A stretch of 64,000 nt of DNA from Gammaproteobacteria bacterium (GTDB taxonomy: Bacteria > Pseudomonadota > Gammaproteobacteria > Steroidobacterales > JABDMI01): NCBI GenBank assembly GCA_013001575.1, contig JABDMI010000029.1:4792-68791 (forward strand). The letters are read 5' to 3'. Position numbers and translations under genes: made by a program. The number at the start of each line of letters is the position of its first letter. Position 1 is the first letter of the stretch. The notes under the pieces are model-generated. The model was not told where the DNA came from. It worked only from the letters and a program-made list of their open reading frames with translations, and did not search any database. Below are positions 60,885-64,000 of this stretch, one piece after another.

Positions 60885-61178
60885 ATGAAAATTAATTTGA
60901 TTTGTTTGTGCTGCATGTCCTTGTTGCTTTGTGCCTGCCAAACTGCAAGGCAAGTTGCCAATGCGCCAGGTCAGGCGGCAACCCAAACCGCCTCCCAAAC
61001 GGCTTCACAAACTGTGGGTCAAGTGGCGGGTCCACGAGCAGGTCAAACGGCAGGTCAAGCCGCGGGTCAGGCATCAGCACAGGTGGTGTCGCTGGAAAAG
61101 CCGCGAAACAACACTTTACAGGCGAGTAGTTTGCCTATTGCACAAGAATCCGTACATAGCAGTAAAAATTTACAGTAA
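60885..61178 (+). CDS. Small lipoprotein with Q-T/A-A-S/G-Q repeats
   Basis: Signal peptide ending in CAC. The repeat tract is GQAATQTASQTASQTVGQVAGPRAGQTAGQAAGQASAQ. Confidence 0.55.
   Translation: MKINLICLCCMSLLLCACQTARQVANAPGQAATQTASQTASQTVGQVAGPRAGQTAGQAAGQASAQVVSLEKPRNNTLQASSLPIAQESVHSSKNLQ
60954..61082 (+). repeat. Short coding tandem repeats (about 12-15 bp periodicity) encoding a QTA(S/G)Q tract
   Basis: Read directly from the sequence. The other frames give spurious ORFs on both strands. Confidence 0.7.
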
Positions 61179-61197
61179 CCAGGGCAGCTCATAAATT

Positions 61198-61440
61198 ATG
61201 CAAATAATATTTTCTAAACTTACCAAGACTATGGTATTAAACTCAGTTGCGCTTGGAATATGTGGCGTGCTTAGCGGCTGCGTTCATCAAGTTGTAACTG
61301 TTCCGGCGCAGACGGCATCACAGGGTGCCCAAACGGCTGGCCAAACAGCCCAGCAAGTTGTGTCACACGATGGTCGCAAATCCGACCAGGTCATGGCCAG
61401 TCACACACCGGTAAGCCAAAGTTCGGCACGCCAGCCGTGA
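61198..61440 (+). CDS. Small lipoprotein with a related Q/A/G-rich tract
   Basis: Lipobox LSGC. The tract is PAQTASQGAQTAGQTAQQ. Its stop overlaps the GTG start of lolB (GTGA). Confidence 0.55.
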   Translation: MQIIFSKLTKTMVLNSVALGICGVLSGCVHQVVTVPAQTASQGAQTAGQTAQQVVSHDGRKSDQVMASHTPVSQSSARQP

Positions 61441-62504
61441 GTTCGACTTGTTTATTGCACAGGCTCGCCACCGTTCTTGTGATTGGAGGCTTGTTAAGTG
61501 CTTGTGAAACCATGAGTATGCCGGCGCAGATAAGCAGCGATGCTGATAAACCGGCACGCCAACAAGCCTCGCAGCCCGAGGATAATGCTGGACAACAATT
61601 TGCCGGCGGTATGCAGCAATCATCCAAGGCAAATGAAAAACCGTCACAGCCAATTTATGCACAACAAAGTGCACAGGAACCAAATCAAGCTGAGCCAGTC
61701 ACGCCTGGCCAATCCTCAGTCGATTCTCAGAAGACGACTGATTCTCCAGCAGATGCAAGCAAGCAGTCCTGGGCTAGTCAACAAGCGGCAAGCAAGAGCG
61801 ATGACAAAGCTTCGGAAAGTGGTTTGCCCTGGCATCAACGCATGGCCGATCAATCCATGCGTAAAAAAAAACAATCACAACAAGAGCAATATCGTCAAGT
61901 TATTCGACGCGTAGAAATAGACCCGGAAACCGGGCTTTACAAAGACACGTCTCAGCAAACTGTTAGCGCAGGAGTAAGTAAGAATATGAGTTTTGATAAT
62001 CGACAACAAGACCTGCTGGAGTGGGGTTTTTGGGAATTGAATGGCCGCATTGGCATAAGTGTGAATAAAGACACCTACAACGGCAGTCTGCAATGGGAGC
62101 AAGAAGGCGATGAACTGGATTTCCGCTTCCGCGGTCCCCTCGGTATTGGGGGCGTGCGAATTCATGGCGATCTTGGTCAGGAAGTACGGGTCAAGACCAC
62201 ACGCGGCGAAGAATTCTTTTTACGTGATATTGAAAAAGACATGCAAGAGCAACTGGGCTGGAGTATGCCCATTAACAGCCTGCGTTATTGGTCGCTGGGA
62301 ATCACCGATCCGCAACAAGACGCCGAAGTCGTACTCAATGACCAGGACTTACTGGATGAGATGCAGCAAGGGGAGTGGACGATCGTGTATGACAGTTATA
62401 CCGATGTGGATGGCGTCAGTTTGCCCAGAAAATTCAAGATCAGTGGTCCACAGACCAAGATTCGTATGGTTATAAACGACTGGACGATTCCAGAACTGGA
62501 ATAA
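61437..62504 (+). CDS. lolB: Outer-membrane lipoprotein LolB with a long Q/S-rich N-terminal linker
   Basis: Lipobox LSAC. The C-terminal roughly 170 aa are LolB-like (WELNGRIGISV..YNGSLQW.Q..D.LDFRFRGPLG). It lies before ispE as usual. The protein is 355 aa, against about 200 aa for typical LolB. Confidence 0.75.
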   Translation: MSSTCLLHRLATVLVIGGLLSACETMSMPAQISSDADKPARQQASQPEDNAGQQFAGGMQQSSKANEKPSQPIYAQQSAQEPNQAEPVTPGQSSVDSQKTTDSPADASKQSWASQQAASKSDDKASESGLPWHQRMADQSMRKKKQSQQEQYRQVIRRVEIDPETGLYKDTSQQTVSAGVSKNMSFDNRQQDLLEWGFWELNGRIGISVNKDTYNGSLQWEQEGDELDFRFRGPLGIGGVRIHGDLGQEVRVKTTRGEEFFLRDIEKDMQEQLGWSMPINSLRYWSLGITDPQQDAEVVLNDQDLLDEMQQGEWTIVYDSYTDVDGVSLPRKFKISGPQTKIRMVINDWTIPELE

Positions 62505-62533
62505 CATTCAGTCACGATAATAAATATTCAAGC

Positions 62534-63484
62534 ATGATCAATACTCTGACTACTCGACCCCCGACGGAGCAGGAATGGGCGCGTTGGTGGCCGGCACCGG
62601 CAAAATTGAATCTGTTTTTGCATATCCTGGGCCAGCGCGACGACGGCTTGCATGAGTTGGAAACGGTTTTCCAGATCCTGGATCTGAGTGACATGCTTAA
62701 GTTTGAGGTTCGCGACGATGGGCAAATCCTGAGAACCGAAGGCGACCCCGATATTGCACCAGAGGGTGATCTGGTCGTGAAAGCGGCAAAGGCTTTGCAA
62801 GCCTTTGTGCATGCGCAAGCGGTAAATTCCGAGAATTGTTCTGCATCCAAAGGCATCAGCATACGTTGCCGCAAGCGCATACCGGTTGAAGCCGGCATGG
62901 GCGGGGGCAGTTCAGATGCCGCGACAACTTTGCTGGTGCTAAATCATTTATGGCAATGTGGATTGAGTCAGGAACAGTTAGAAAAACTGGCTTTAGGGCT
63001 GGGGGCGGATGTACCCTTATTCGTCGCCGGAAACAGTGCCTACGCACGTGGCATAGGGGAAAAACTTGAGCCTCTCAGCCTGGGCGAATATACATATGTG
63101 ATCGTCAAACCCAGGGTCTCGGTTTCCACGCAAAAAATCTTTAGCCATAGTGGATTGACACGGGATACAGACCCCATCACAATACACCGCTTCCTGAGGC
63201 AGTATAAGGACACCCGTGGTGCATTAGCGGGGCGTAATGATTGCCAAAAAGTGGTTGTGAACAGTTTTCCGGAAATCGCACAAGTTATTGATTGGCTTGA
63301 TAATTTTGGGGAAGCGCGACTCACAGGAACCGGCTCGGCGGTGTTTTTAAGGTGTTCAGATAAAAGCACAGCCAAAGCCATAATGGATCAGCTCAATCTA
63401 AGCACTGCCGCGCAAAAATGGCAGCTGATGCTTGCTCAAGGTCTGGATCGATCGCCATTGGCCACTATTTTTGACCAAAGTTGA
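62534..63484 (+). CDS. ispE: 4-diphosphocytidyl-2-C-methyl-D-erythritol kinase
   Basis: PAPAKLNLFLHI and GHMP kinase motif PVEAGMGGGSSDAA. Confidence 0.9.
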   Translation: MINTLTTRPPTEQEWARWWPAPAKLNLFLHILGQRDDGLHELETVFQILDLSDMLKFEVRDDGQILRTEGDPDIAPEGDLVVKAAKALQAFVHAQAVNSENCSASKGISIRCRKRIPVEAGMGGGSSDAATTLLVLNHLWQCGLSQEQLEKLALGLGADVPLFVAGNSAYARGIGEKLEPLSLGEYTYVIVKPRVSVSTQKIFSHSGLTRDTDPITIHRFLRQYKDTRGALAGRNDCQKVVVNSFPEIAQVIDWLDNFGEARLTGTGSAVFLRCSDKSTAKAIMDQLNLSTAAQKWQLMLAQGLDRSPLATIFDQS

Positions 63485-63526
63485 TGGAATCTGACTGAGT
63501 CTTTAAGGAAAAGAACAAATTACAAT

Positions 63527-63601
63527 TGGGGTGTAGCCAAGCGGTAAGGCATCGGGTTTTGATCCCGTGTACCGTAGGTTCGAATCCTACCACCCCAGCC
63601 A
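63527..63601 (+). tRNA. tRNA-Gln (anticodon UUG)
   Basis: 75 nt. The acceptor stem is TGGGGTG/CACCCCA followed by GCCA. The anticodon loop is TTTTGAT. The TPsiC arm is GGTTCGAATCC. The sequence is close to E. coli tRNA-Gln. Confidence 0.9.
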
Positions 63602-63683
63602 TATTTTCGACGTGCTCAATGAGGGCGTTGTGTTTTAACTAAGCGGCCAAGACTAAGTTCTGGCCATCAGCGGGTACAGCATC

Positions 63684-64000
63684 ATGGTTGGCAGACTGTC
63701 GATATTTTCCGGGAATTCGAATCCTGCTCTGGCAACTGGTATCGCCGCCGAACTTGGCCTGCCGTTAGGCGAGCGCAAAGTCAGTCGTTTTAGTGACGGT
63801 GAGATCGCGGTCGAGATCGAGGAAAATGTGCGTGGGCGCGATGTTTTCATCATTCAACCCACCTGTCCCCCGACCAATGACAACCTGATGGAATTGCTGG
63901 TTATGACCGATGCCATGCGCAGGTCATCTGCAGCACGTATCACGGCCATTGTTCCGTATTACGGTTACTCGCGTCAGGATCGACGCCCGCGAGCCGTACG
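63684..64000 (+). CDS. prs: Ribose-phosphate pyrophosphokinase (5' part, runs off the window)
   Basis: My own translation is [61 protein letters not shown]...[10 protein letters not shown]. It is not in the ORF track because no stop lies in the window. Confidence 0.9.
   Translation, partial: MVGRLSIFSGNSNPALATGIAAELGLPLGERKVSRFSDGEIAVEIEENVRGRDVFIIQPTCPPTNDNLMELLVMTDAMRRSSAARITAIVPYYGYSRQDRRPRAV

Noticed and set aside
61863-61871. A 9-A homopolymer inside the lolB linker, as a possible slipped-strand phase-variation site.
   Set aside because: It encodes a KKK patch in a low-complexity region of an essential-type gene. It is a single moderate-length tract with no other contingency-locus features.
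63527-63601. tRNA-Gln as a possible integration hotspot or genomic island border.
   Set aside because: It is flanked by ispE and prs in the conserved order. No integrase, direct repeat of the tRNA 3' end, or foreign genes lie adjacent within the window.

Overview
The window looks like a 64-kb chromosomal segment of a gammaproteobacterium. Gene order closely follows the layout I recall for Pseudomonas. About 90% is coding and almost all of it is core housekeeping. I saw no transposase, integrase, CRISPR array or rRNA. All family calls rest on reading the supplied translations against remembered motifs; no database search was run.

Main blocks, in order:
- trmJ, a reduced isc cluster, ndk, rlmN, pilW, rodZ, hisS, yfgM, bamB, der
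- metX, two VOC paralogs, an OYE-family reductase
- apaH, apaG, rsmA, pdxA, surA, lptD on the minus strand, divergent from amgK-murU
- a large repeat lipoprotein
- lipA, lipB, ybeD, dacA, rlpA, mltB, rodA, mrdA, mreDCB, divergent from gatCAB, then hslO
- murI and prmC, then a 9-kb insert, then prfA and hemA, divergent from lolB, ispE, tRNA-Gln, prs

Items worth a second look:
1. An orphan Card1/Can2-like CARF plus PD-(D/E)xK nuclease (44851-46026, minus strand). No cas gene, array or nucleotide cyclase is in the window. Its stop codon abuts the ATG of a GNAT gene that carries one in-frame TAG.
2. A 746-aa lipoprotein made of a 27-bp VNTR-like linker, two blocks of ten 23-aa [IV]PAxY repeats and a C-terminal peptidoglycan-binding domain. 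It sits between cell-wall clusters.
3. A stripped ISC locus: a C-terminally short IscS, translationally coupled to an IscU-like protein with no cysteine at all, then an A-type carrier. iscR, hscBA, fdx and iscX are absent.
4. Two tandem small Q/A/G-repeat lipoproteins, followed by a LolB with a roughly 165-aa Q/S-rich N-terminal linker.
5. A 52-codon remnant of a DNA-alkylation-repair (AlkD-like) gene that is too short for the ORF track.
6. A PdxA with a roughly 115-aa acidic C-terminal extension.
7. A 9-kb insertion splitting the normally contiguous hemA-prfA-prmC unit.
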